DNA from: an uncultured Brevinematales bacterium
GTDB taxonomy: Bacteria; Spirochaetota; Brevinematia; Brevinematales; JAOACQ01
Assembly: GCA_964413265.1 (NCBI GenBank)
Contig: CAYPRX010000006.1
Location: forward strand, 8,822 to 72,821
Length of the DNA: 64,000 nt
Direction: 5' to 3'
Positions 56,205 to 64,000 of the stretch are shown one piece after another. The position numbers and the translations under genes are program-made. Each line of letters starts with the position of its first letter. The stretch's first letter is position 1. Below the pieces are notes generated by a model. The model searched no databases and had not been told where the DNA came from. It saw only the letters and a program-made list of their open reading frames with translations.

Positions 56205-56771
56205 TTAAGATTTAACTATCAATTTTACGGCATCCAGAAGATTGCCGGCATTAAAATCGGCAGCAGATGAAAATCCGGTATTTTCCTCACTCTTCACAAA
56301 GACCGTTCCCGTTCCTCCGTTTCTTCCGCATATTATATCAGCCTCCCTGTCCCCGATCATCCAGGATTTACCCATATCGATTGAATATAATTTTTCAGCT
56401 TTTTTAAGAAAAAATGGCTTCGGTTTCCTGCACTCGCATTCTCCTGAATATCCCGCAATAATACCAGCAGGATGATGGTAGCAATAATAATATTCCCTGA
56501 ATATTATCTTATTCTCTTTAAATATCCTGTCCAGTTTGTTGTGTACAGATATCAGGTCTTCAAGTCTGCATTTACCCTTGGCATAATCAGGCTGGTTCGA
56601 GACCAGAAACAGAGAAAAACCTCCTTCAAGAGCGATTTTCAGACTCTCCAGGGTCCATGGATAAAGATCCAGATCCTCCTCCCTGTGTGGTGGTTCGTAT
56701 ACCCCGGTGGTTTGATTTTTGACAAGCCTGTTTATTACTCCGTCCCTGTCAAGAAAAATAGCTTTATCCAT
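56205..56771 (-). CDS. gmhB: D,D-heptose 1,7-bisphosphate phosphatase (HAD-IIIA, GmhB)
   Basis: 188 aa. Signatures: IFLDRDGVIN, VSNQPDYAKG, CYHHP, CECRKPKP and IGDREAD. Confidence 0.8.
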   Translation of the reverse strand: MDKAIFLDRDGVINRLVKNQTTGVYEPPHREEDLDLYPWTLESLKIALEGGFSLFLVSNQPDYAKGKCRLEDLISVHNKLDRIFKENKIIFREYYYCYHHPAGIIAGYSGECECRKPKPFFLKKAEKLYSIDMGKSWMIGDREADIICGRNGGTGTVFVKSEENTGFSSAADFNAGNLLDAVKLIVKS

Positions 56772-57377
56772 CTATTTCACAGACTCCCATTTTCCCTGCG
56801 CGGCTTTTAATACAGGATGAGAAACAAGAAGGTGCCAGACCACTGCATGATAAGCCTCCGTCAGGGGTGTGACAGTATCAGGGCTTATTACAGGAATTAT
56901 CACAGCAGCATCGGCGGCCTTTGCCGTATAACCACCGTCACGGCCAACGAGTCCAATAATTTTTGCTCCCGTTTCTTTTGCATATTTCAAGGCTGACACA
57001 ATATTTACGCTTATGTTTTTTTCCTCGCTGCCGCCACCGACAGAAATGATGATTATACCGTCCCTTGAATTAAGCCGGCTTCCCATGAGCCAGTTGACAA
57101 AAACAGTTTCCCACCCGTCATCGTTAATCCTTGCAGTAAGCTCTGAAACGTTGTCAGTAGGCGTGTAAGACTCGATTCCGACCAGTTTCCTGAAATCGTT
57201 TACCGCATGACTGGCGTTTGCTGCACTTCCGCCTATGCCAAGAATAAAAAGCCTTCCACGGGATTCTTTTATCTCAAGAAGAATATTAACTGCCCTTTCA
57301 ATTGACTTTTTATCGATAGTTTCAGCGATCTTAACTACGCCGTCGAAATATGACTCGATATAAGTATTAACATCCAT
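56772..57377 (-). CDS. gmhA: SIS-domain sedoheptulose-7-phosphate isomerase (GmhA-like)
   Basis: 201 aa. Signatures: LGIGGSAANASHAVNDF, IIISVGGG and TPLTEAYHAVVWH. The stop abuts the gmhB start. The assignment is supported by context. Confidence 0.7.
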   Translation of the reverse strand: MDVNTYIESYFDGVVKIAETIDKKSIERAVNILLEIKESRGRLFILGIGGSAANASHAVNDFRKLVGIESYTPTDNVSELTARINDDGWETVFVNWLMGSRLNSRDGIIIISVGGGSEEKNISVNIVSALKYAKETGAKIIGLVGRDGGYTAKAADAAVIIPVISPDTVTPLTEAYHAVVWHLLVSHPVLKAAQGKWESVK

Positions 57378-57392
57378 TTATTTATCCTCATT

Positions 57393-58100
57393 CTAATTTT
57401 TATTATGCTTTAAAAGAAACTCTTTTGTTTCTTTTATTCCCTTGAAAGATCCGATTTCATAAAACCTTTCCAATACCTCAAAACCGATAAGCTCATTTTC
57501 AGATGCAAGCATGCTGTAAATGTCAGCTAGATCTGCCGTTTCATTTTCTTTAATCTGTTCAAAACAGATATTCCTGATAATCCCGAGGCCGTAGTCAATG
57601 TATTTCATTTCAGGATTCATGATTTTCTTATTATAATTTGTTACATATCCATTATCAAAAATAACGTTGCTCTTACCCCAATTGTTATTATTCTTCAATA
57701 CTGTCATTAATGCTTTTTTATTTTGTTTTACAAAGCACTCAGAAACCGAGCTGAAGTCAATCAATAAATACGAATCTCCATACATTACAAAAAAGACTTC
57801 AGGAAGTCCATTCAGGGCTTTTTTTATCGCACCGCCTGTTCCCAGCAGTTTGTCCCCGTCTGACGAATAGCGGACATTCAGGCCGAACATTTTTCCATCC
57901 CCTACATAATCACGTACCATCTCCCCCAGGAAACCGATACAGATAACCACATTTTTAATTCCATTTTTCTTCAGCAGTTCAAGCTGATGATGTATAAACG
58001 GCTTCCCGTTTATATCAATCATGGCCTTCGGTATTTTCCGAGTGACCGGATAAAGACGGGTTGCAAGGCCGCCGGCCAGAACTGCAATATCAGTTATCAT
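57393..58100 (-). CDS. sugar-1-phosphate nucleotidyltransferase (HddC-like)
   Basis: 235 aa. Signatures: VLAGGLATRLYPVT...PKAM, LLGTGGA and YGDSY. Confidence 0.75.
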   Translation of the reverse strand: MITDIAVLAGGLATRLYPVTRKIPKAMIDINGKPFIHHQLELLKKNGIKNVVICIGFLGEMVRDYVGDGKMFGLNVRYSSDGDKLLGTGGAIKKALNGLPEVFFVMYGDSYLLIDFSSVSECFVKQNKKALMTVLKNNNNWGKSNVIFDNGYVTNYNKKIMNPEMKYIDYGLGIIRNICFEQIKENETADLADIYSMLASENELIGFEVLERFYEIGSFKGIKETKEFLLKHNKN

Positions 58101-59080
58101 GACCCGGTTACTACCTTCGTCCCCTCGAAATCAAATCTAAAACGGATCTCCTCAAGCCCCTCATTCATTAATGTATGCCTCAGTCTGACTTTGTCTTTTG
58201 CATAAAACATCAGAAATCCTCCGCCTCCTGCTCCTATAAGTTTGCCTCCGACGGCCCCGCTTTTCAAGGCAAGATCATACCAGTCATTTATCTGAGGATT
58301 TGATATTGAGCCTGATCTTTTTTTCTTGCGTTCCCAATGAACATTCATTAATTCTCCGAATTTTATCAAATCACCGCTTTCAAGGGCCTTTTTATTTTTT
58401 AAACCAAGGTCCTTAATAAAATGCAGATTTTCAATCATATCCTGATCATTATCTTTGCTCTTGTCATTTTGTTCCTTCAGTATCAAGGAAGCGTTTCTTG
58501 TAAAACCTGTGAAAAAAAGGAGAAGATTGTCTTCAAGATCATACAATGCCTCCCTTTCGATTTTTAAGGGATATGATTTTACGCTTCCATCTCTGTTGAA
58601 CTCAAAACAGGTCAAACCGCCATAGGCCGAAATGTACTGGTCCTGCTTGCCGATAGGCTCTCCCAGCTTATTTATTTCAATGTCACATGCCTCTTCGGCA
58701 AGTTCTTTCGGATGAATGAAATCTCTTTTGTACATATGAAGCGCTTTCAATAAAGCTGTTGTGAAACTGCTCGAAGAACCGAGGCCGGTGCCTGATGGAA
58801 TATCTGCCATGCTTGTCAATTCCAGATAGTTATCCTTTAAACCCAGTAATTTCAATGATTCCCTGATTATGGGATGCTGTATTTCCGACACTTCCATCAC
58901 CTTTTCCATCAGTGAATATTTGATTATATACCCCGGCTGAAAGGTTTTATGAAGGGTAATATAAATATATTTGTCGATGGCAGCGGCGATAACGAAGCCG
59001 CCGTATTGTTCATAATAAGAGGCAAGGTCGGTCCCCCCTCCCCCCAGAGTTATTCTCAGCGGACTTCTCGTTATTATCAT
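58097..59080 (-). CDS. GHMP sugar kinase (HddA-like heptose-7-phosphate kinase)
   Basis: 327 aa. Signatures: TRSPLRITLGGGGTDL, PSGTGLGSSSS, GKQDQYISAYGG and GAGGGGF. Confidence 0.78.
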   Translation of the reverse strand: MIITRSPLRITLGGGGTDLASYYEQYGGFVIAAAIDKYIYITLHKTFQPGYIIKYSLMEKVMEVSEIQHPIIRESLKLLGLKDNYLELTSMADIPSGTGLGSSSSFTTALLKALHMYKRDFIHPKELAEEACDIEINKLGEPIGKQDQYISAYGGLTCFEFNRDGSVKSYPLKIEREALYDLEDNLLLFFTGFTRNASLILKEQNDKSKDNDQDMIENLHFIKDLGLKNKKALESGDLIKFGELMNVHWERKKKRSGSISNPQINDWYDLALKSGAVGGKLIGAGGGGFLMFYAKDKVRLRHTLMNEGLEEIRFRFDFEGTKVVTGS

Positions 59081-60073
59081 TTAAATTCTCCCATAGATTT
59101 TATCGACAATTTTCAGAGCCTGGTATGCATCATTCAAACTGCCGTTTAACGGCTTATTTTTTTCTATCGATTCTACGAAATCTCTAAACTCGAGTTCCCA
59201 TGAAAAGTCTTCACCCGGATATTCCCATACAGTTGTTTCAGGAGGGCCCATTTCAGGAAGCATTTTATAAAATGAGAGCTTTTCAACTCCGTAGCTTCCT
59301 CCCAGCCCGTCAATCTGGAGCTTCCCGTATTTACCATACACCTCAAGGCAGAACATATTTTTCCATTCCGTACAGCTGACCTGAAGCCAGGAAACCCTGC
59401 TTCTGCTGTTTTTCAGGTAAATAAAAGCATTGTCATCAGCGTCCATATTCCAGAAATATGTCGCCGTGATACCATCAACTTTTTCAAAATCCCCCAAAAA
59501 AAATCGCGATAAATCAATGAGGTGGATACCCTGGTCTATCAGTTCTCCTCCCCCGGAAATTTCAGGTTTTGCCCTCCATTCCTTATCATAGCCGATCCTC
59601 CCGCCATGACCGTATCTCCCGCGGATAAACATTAATTCCCCGATACCCTGAGAATCAGCAATACTTTTAGCCTTTAAAATGGCGGGATGATAACGCAGAT
59701 TAAATCCGACTTTTACCTTCTTTCCCGATTCAAGGCTTTTCCTGTAGAAGGGCTCTAATTCAACTGAATTCCTTGCCCCCGGTTTTTCAATCAGAACGTG
59801 TTTATCATGAGACAGCGCATATAATCCAATGGGGGTTAAATAATCATTCGATGTCGATACAATGACAATATCGACCCCGGGGTGATCTGCCGCTTTTTCC
59901 CAATTTTCTGCAATAAGGGCATTCTGACTGTTTATTTGACTTACTGTCTTTGCCCTTTCCATGTTTTTATCAGAAACAATTAAGAGTTTATGATTGCCGA
60001 GGGACCTTGCCCTTTTTTCTCCAATCAAACCGCAGCCTATTATAGCTACATTCATCCAAAAGACCTCATTCAA
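59081..60073 (-). CDS. Gfo/Idh/MocA-family NAD(P)-dependent oxidoreductase
   Basis: 330 aa. It has the N-terminal Rossmann motif VAIIGCGLIGEKR, plus LIEKP and a C-terminal alpha/beta domain. Confidence 0.8.
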   Translation of the reverse strand: MNEVFWMNVAIIGCGLIGEKRARSLGNHKLLIVSDKNMERAKTVSQINSQNALIAENWEKAADHPGVDIVIVSTSNDYLTPIGLYALSHDKHVLIEKPGARNSVELEPFYRKSLESGKKVKVGFNLRYHPAILKAKSIADSQGIGELMFIRGRYGHGGRIGYDKEWRAKPEISGGGELIDQGIHLIDLSRFFLGDFEKVDGITATYFWNMDADDNAFIYLKNSRSRVSWLQVSCTEWKNMFCLEVYGKYGKLQIDGLGGSYGVEKLSFYKMLPEMGPPETTVWEYPGEDFSWELEFRDFVESIEKNKPLNGSLNDAYQALKIVDKIYGRI

Positions 60074-60903
60074 ATCAATTTAATTCTTCTCAACTTTCCT
60101 GCATCGCTGTAAACGGCACTTGTATGTACGTCAGCAAATTTTTTATATTCATCCCTGAAATGAATCAGCCTTCCGCTGATCCCCTTATTCATTTCTCTAT
60201 TACATAAAAATTCAACCAGCCTTATGATATCTCCAGGTTCTGTCCCGCCGCTTCCCATTGTCTCAAACGCCTCTTCATAGGCTTTATCTCCAGACTTTTC
60301 TTTTGAACTCAGCACTTCCTCCGTCATCCTTGTTTTAACAGCACCCGGTGCTACCGCATTGATGATTATTTCTCCATGATCGTTCGATTTCAGCTCATCA
60401 GCTATCGTCTCTACAAGTCTTAAAACCCCTGTTTTTGAAACGCCGTAAGAGGAAAAGTTCGGGCGTGAATTGCATGAACCCCCTCCGGAAAATAGTATTA
60501 TCGAACCGGATATTCTCTCCTTAATTAAAATCTCAATAGCAGTTTTTGAAATGTTAAAGCTTCCAGTCAGATTTACTTTAATAACTTCTTCAAAATCATC
60601 CTGGGACAATGTCCATGCCGGCCCTAAAACTCCCTGTATCCCGGCGGTGCTGATAATAAAAGAAGGATATGATCCGTAAATTTTATAATGTTTTTCAAAC
60701 CCTTTTTTAACTTCTTTTATACTCCCCACGTTCCCTGACAGAATATTTACGTACATCCCCCTTTTTTCAACTTCATCCCTTAATGATTCCAGATTATTTT
60801 TTGTCCTTGCAAATACAGTAACCTTGCATCCTTTTTCCAGAAAATAAACAGCTATGATTTTGCCTATTCCAAGACTGCCGCCGAATACAATTACCGATTC
60901 CAA
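60070..60903 (-). CDS. short-chain dehydrogenase/reductase (classical SDR)
   Basis: 277 aa. Signatures: VFGGSLGIGK, NAVAPG-type region, the catalytic YGVSK, and an upstream Ser (SGGGS). Confidence 0.8.
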   Translation of the reverse strand: MESVIVFGGSLGIGKIIAVYFLEKGCKVTVFARTKNNLESLRDEVEKRGMYVNILSGNVGSIKEVKKGFEKHYKIYGSYPSFIISTAGIQGVLGPAWTLSQDDFEEVIKVNLTGSFNISKTAIEILIKERISGSIILFSGGGSCNSRPNFSSYGVSKTGVLRLVETIADELKSNDHGEIIINAVAPGAVKTRMTEEVLSSKEKSGDKAYEEAFETMGSGGTEPGDIIRLVEFLCNREMNKGISGRLIHFRDEYKKFADVHTSAVYSDAGKLRRIKLI

Positions 60904-60907
60904 TTCT

Positions 60908-61861
60908 CTATCTCCTCTTCAAGACCCATTCGTTTTCCTTCAAATATTCCAGGGTTTTTATGACCGCACTTTTTATTGTTAATTCAGGTTTCCAGCCCAG
61001 TTTATTAATTTTTGAACAATCCAGAAAGATGAAGGGGTTATCCCCTATCCAGCCCCGATCACCACCTGAATAACTTATTTCCGGCTTCAGGCCGAGATTT
61101 TCAACGATCCAGCCTATTGAATCGTTTACCTCGCAGTATTCATTCGTCCCGAGATTAAAAATATTGACTCTCTCGGATGACTTTTCCAATGCGAATAAAA
61201 TTGCATTAATGCAGTCTTGAATATATAAATAAGACTTCTTCTGATGACCGTTTCCCAGCACCCTCAACTCGTCTGGATTATGAAGGAGCATCTTATAAAA
61301 ATCAAAAATGTGACCGTGCGTGTACCTCTCACCAAGAATGGAAACAAACCTGAAAATCCAGCACTGAAAGCCGAAGCCCTCGCAATAAGCCTGAATTAAA
61401 GATTCCCCTCCCAGTTTTGAAGCACCGTAGATGGAGGTCTGGACTGGAAAGGGCGCATCCTCAGGGGTTGGAATGTTTATTGATTCCCCGTAAATTGAAC
61501 CAGTCGAGGAAAAAACGATTTTTTTAATTTTATTTTTTCTCATTGCCTCCAGAACATTAAAAGTCGCTATAATATTCTGATTGAGATCCTTTTGCGGATT
61601 CTCGGTCCCGAATCTGACATCTGCATTGGCTGCAAAATGTATTACAATATCACAACCGCGCATTGCTCCTGCAAGAGTTTCATTGTCCAGCAAATCGCCC
61701 TTTACCAGCCTGAAGTTTTCAGCTTTTTTCGCCTTAAATAAAAATTCTTCAATACCCGTTGAAAAATTATCATACACAATTACCTGCTCATTATTGTCAA
61801 GGAGCCTGTCTGTAATATTGCTCCCTATAAAACCGGCTCCCCCCGTTACAAAATACCTCAT
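60908..61861 (-). CDS. NAD-dependent nucleotide-sugar epimerase/dehydratase (extended SDR)
   Basis: 317 aa. Signatures: VTGGAGFIGSN, SSTGSIYG and YGASKLGGE. Confidence 0.85.
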   Translation of the reverse strand: MRYFVTGGAGFIGSNITDRLLDNNEQVIVYDNFSTGIEEFLFKAKKAENFRLVKGDLLDNETLAGAMRGCDIVIHFAANADVRFGTENPQKDLNQNIIATFNVLEAMRKNKIKKIVFSSTGSIYGESINIPTPEDAPFPVQTSIYGASKLGGESLIQAYCEGFGFQCWIFRFVSILGERYTHGHIFDFYKMLLHNPDELRVLGNGHQKKSYLYIQDCINAILFALEKSSERVNIFNLGTNEYCEVNDSIGWIVENLGLKPEISYSGGDRGWIGDNPFIFLDCSKINKLGWKPELTIKSAVIKTLEYLKENEWVLKRR

Positions 61862-62304
61862 TTCCTCTCCATAATTTTCAAATTAAAGATAATTTTATTC
61901 ATAACAAAGAATGTCAGCACCATCGTTATGACTGTCGCCGCGGCGACCCCGAAATAAATACTGATTTTAAACAGAAGAAGCAGGTTCACCACTCCAAGAT
62001 TAATCAGGTAATTTATGAATGAAAGAATCAAATATTGTACTATCTGATATTTAAGCCTCGAAAATTTTTTTTCCTGGAAAACAAACATTTTATTTAACGA
62101 GAAATGATATATCAACGCTGCAAAGTAGGAAATTGAAACAGACAGGTTATGAGTAAGTTTTAAGATATCATTTGTTAAATAAATGAAAGAAAAATTTACT
62201 ATTGCAGTCGTTCCTCCGATCAACAAAAATTTCATTACCTTATGAATTTCCGTTTTATTATTAAGTTGCTTGCGGAGAAACAAAAATAATTTCCTTGCTG
62301 GCAT
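61858..62304 (-). CDS. GtrA-family small membrane protein (putative lipid-linked sugar translocation)
   Basis: 148 aa with 4 TM helices and KFLLIGGTTAIVNFSFIYL, as in the GtrA-like family. Confidence 0.72.
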   Translation of the reverse strand: MPARKLFLFLRKQLNNKTEIHKVMKFLLIGGTTAIVNFSFIYLTNDILKLTHNLSVSISYFAALIYHFSLNKMFVFQEKKFSRLKYQIVQYLILSFINYLINLGVVNLLLLFKISIYFGVAAATVITMVLTFFVMNKIIFNLKIMERK

Positions 62305-62307
62305 AAA

Positions 62308-63267
62308 TTACTTTTTATTATGTATTATTTTAAAACCGTGCGCTTCCTGCACGATAAAAATAGGTCTTCCCTTGACTTCATCAAACATCCTTGCAAGGTA
62401 CTGGCCGATAATCCCCAGGCTTAACAGCTGAATCCCGCTGTAAAAAGAAATTAAAATAACAAGGGTCGGATTGCCCCAGGGAATTTTGATATGCATCAGG
62501 CTGAATGCTATATAAATTATACCCAATAAAAAACTGAATAGTGCAACAATTAAACCGGAGATTGATATCAAATCCAGAGGGTACTTTGAAAAGCTCAGGA
62601 TCCCGTTCAATCCGATTTTAAGAGAGCCGAAAAAGCGGTTATATTTGCCCCTGCCGCAGAATCTGGAATCTCTCTCATATAAAATGCCTGTTTGGTTATA
62701 GCCTACATAGCCGACCAGACCCCTTAAAAAGGCGTCATTTTCTTTTAATAATTTCAAATTATCAATCACCTCCCTGCTGATCAACCGAAAGTCCCCCGTA
62801 TTTCTTGGAATATGTACCTCTGAGATTTTATTGATAATCCTATAACCCAGGAAGGCCACTATTTTTTTTATTATCGTTTCACCCTTCCTGTTCTTCCGCT
62901 GGGCATATACTACATGATAACCCTCTTTCCACTTCATTATCATCTCTTTGATCAATTCAGGCGGGTCCTGAAGGTCTGCGTCAATCACAACACAGATATC
63001 GCCGGTACAGTAGTAAATCCCGGCTAATGTACAGGAGGGCTGGCCGAAACGGCGGGACATTTTCAGCAATTTAATATTTATATCCCTTTTCCTGAAATTT
63101 AATATTATTTTTTCAGTATTATCCCTGCAGGGGTCCATAGAAAATATTATTTCATATTTACATTTTATGGCAGACACGACTTTTTTAAGCCTGGCCAGAA
63201 GTGGAGGTATATTTTTTTCTTCATTGTAAACAGGAATAACTATGGAAAGTTTAAAGCTGTTACTCAT
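62308..63267 (-). CDS. family-2 glycosyltransferase of the polyprenyl-phosphate sugar synthase type (GtrB/ArnC/DPM1-like)
   Basis: 319 aa. Signatures: LSIVIPVYNEE, SMDPCRDNT, VIDADLQDPPE and two C-terminal TM helices. Confidence 0.85.
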   Translation of the reverse strand: MSNSFKLSIVIPVYNEEKNIPPLLARLKKVVSAIKCKYEIIFSMDPCRDNTEKIILNFRKRDINIKLLKMSRRFGQPSCTLAGIYYCTGDICVVIDADLQDPPELIKEMIMKWKEGYHVVYAQRKNRKGETIIKKIVAFLGYRIINKISEVHIPRNTGDFRLISREVIDNLKLLKENDAFLRGLVGYVGYNQTGILYERDSRFCGRGKYNRFFGSLKIGLNGILSFSKYPLDLISISGLIVALFSFLLGIIYIAFSLMHIKIPWGNPTLVILISFYSGIQLLSLGIIGQYLARMFDEVKGRPIFIVQEAHGFKIIHNKK

Positions 63268-63297
63268 CCCATACTTCTCATACTATCAAATATTATC

Positions 63298-63311
63298 TCT
63301 TATCGATAAGA
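63298..63311. repeat. perfect 14-bp palindrome TCTTATCGATAAGA (possible operator; function unknown)
   Basis: Read directly. It lies 31 nt upstream (minus-strand sense) of the GT2 start, in the only sizeable gap of the operon. Confidence 0.6.
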
Positions 63312-63398
63312 ATGAACACTAAGTAAAGGTATTTTATAATAAATGCCGTGTTTTGACAACATTTCGGTGCCGAAAACGGCGCTTTAAAAAAATAATGG

Positions 63399-64000
63399 TC
63401 AAAGCTTTTGATCACCCCGGAGGAGTTTTTCAACACAGTAGCAGTCAAGGTCGAAGAGGCCTCTTTTCTTGATATCAATGAAAGAGTTACTTCCGTCGTC
63501 AACCTGACTGAACACTGCTTCCCCTGAAGCACCTTTTGAAACGATTATATTTGATGTAAAACTCAATTTTATGAAGGGACTGCTCAGCTGGTTGAAAACA
63601 ATTGTACCTTTGCCGCCCGGTGAGAGCATTATATGAACTGAGCCGAAATCACGTATTGAGGAGAAAAGGTCCGGATCGCTCGATGATATTACAGACAGAC
63701 CACTGTTTTCGAGAATGGATGCGTTATCTTTTTTTTTAAAATCAAGGGGCATGTATTCATCCCAATTAAAGTGAGACCTGAGGTTTTCGTTGGACATACT
63801 TTCAGCAATTTCACGGCTGCTGAAGCTCTTATACCTGTAAAACTCGTAATTTCCGCCGACCCATACTGCCTGAATAAAGAGTATTAAACCCAGCCCAAAC
63901 CTAACTGCTTTTTCACCGTTTATCCTGGTGAAAAGCATAGTGGCAGAATCAGCATAATAGATGAATAAAATTATAGCCAGCGGAGTGATGAGGCATAACA
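63399..64000 (-). CDS. C-terminal part of a large polytopic membrane protein with ~140-aa extracytoplasmic tail (possible GT-C-type transferase); 5' end outside the window
   Basis: The reading frame stays open upstream of the track Met through position 64000 (...LCLITPLAIILFIYYADSATMLFTR...). It contains hydrophobic helices followed by a soluble C-terminal domain. The family is not recognisable from this fragment. Confidence 0.45.
   Translation of the reverse strand, partial: LCLITPLAIILFIYYADSATMLFTRINGEKAVRFGLGLILFIQAVWVGGNYEFYRYKSFSSREIAESMSNENLRSHFNWDEYMPLDFKKKDNASILENSGLSVISSSDPDLFSSIRDFGSVHIMLSPGGKGTIVFNQLSSPFIKLSFTSNIIVSKGASGEAVFSQVDDGSNSFIDIKKRGLFDLDCYCVEKLLRGDQKL

Noticed and set aside
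63293-63532. 79-aa minus-strand ORF overlapping the 3' end of the membrane-protein gene
   Set aside because: It is out of frame and overlaps a longer ORF that continues a hydrophobic protein from beyond the window. It has no SD.

Overview
This is a densely coded 64-kb bacterial chromosomal segment. Sampled lines look roughly 40-48% G+C, with clearly more AT-rich patches. All calls come from reading the ORF translations and intergenic DNA by eye; no searches were run. I support about 65 protein genes, one RNase P RNA (type A, minus strand, 14184-14586), two intrinsic terminators and a few sigma70-like promoters. I saw no rRNA, tRNA, CRISPR array, transposase, integrase or obvious phage genes.

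Housekeeping content:
- Histidine, purine and aromatic amino-acid genes: hisG (partial), hisI, purB, aroQ.
- Protein quality control and Fe-S assembly: clpA, groEL (without groES), nifS-nifU, sppA.
- Nucleic-acid functions: a short rnr, mutS, rlmI, nudC.
- An aroQ...pepP-efp-accB-accC block, an isopropylmalate/tartrate dehydrogenase-family gene and an orphan MsmX/MalK-type sugar ABC ATPase.
- Envelope genes: an Slt-type lytic transglycosylase and a LysM/degenerate-LytM protein.

The gene content suggests an anaerobic diderm bacterium. The evidence is NifSU as the Fe-S machinery, ferredoxin-type redox genes, beta-barrel-like secreted proteins, heptose/LPS-type genes, and groEL separated from groES. 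It could be Spirochaetota-like, but that is only a guess.

Most notable observations:
1. An 11-gene, AT-rich minus-strand operon (55471 to the window end) encodes a self-sufficient NDP-heptose pathway: transaldolase, GmhA, a GHMP kinase, GmhB and a nucleotidyltransferase. It adds three tailoring oxidoreductases and a GtrA / polyprenyl-phosphate GT2 / large membrane protein module.
2. A second, partial heptose module (31382-34751) contains a fused nucleotidyltransferase-GmhB gene.
3. An AccB-like biotin carboxyl carrier protein has the biotinyl-lysine position occupied by glycine.
4. A 183-nt imperfect hairpin lies in a divergent intergenic region (1421-1603).
5. A small operon encodes two paralogous ~65-aa proteins plus a 124-aa protein (35070-35883).
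6. A split glutamate-synthase-like redox cluster has no amidotransferase gene adjacent.
7. A very AT-rich class-A beta-lactamase-fold gene sits in a small compositional mosaic (52058-55429).
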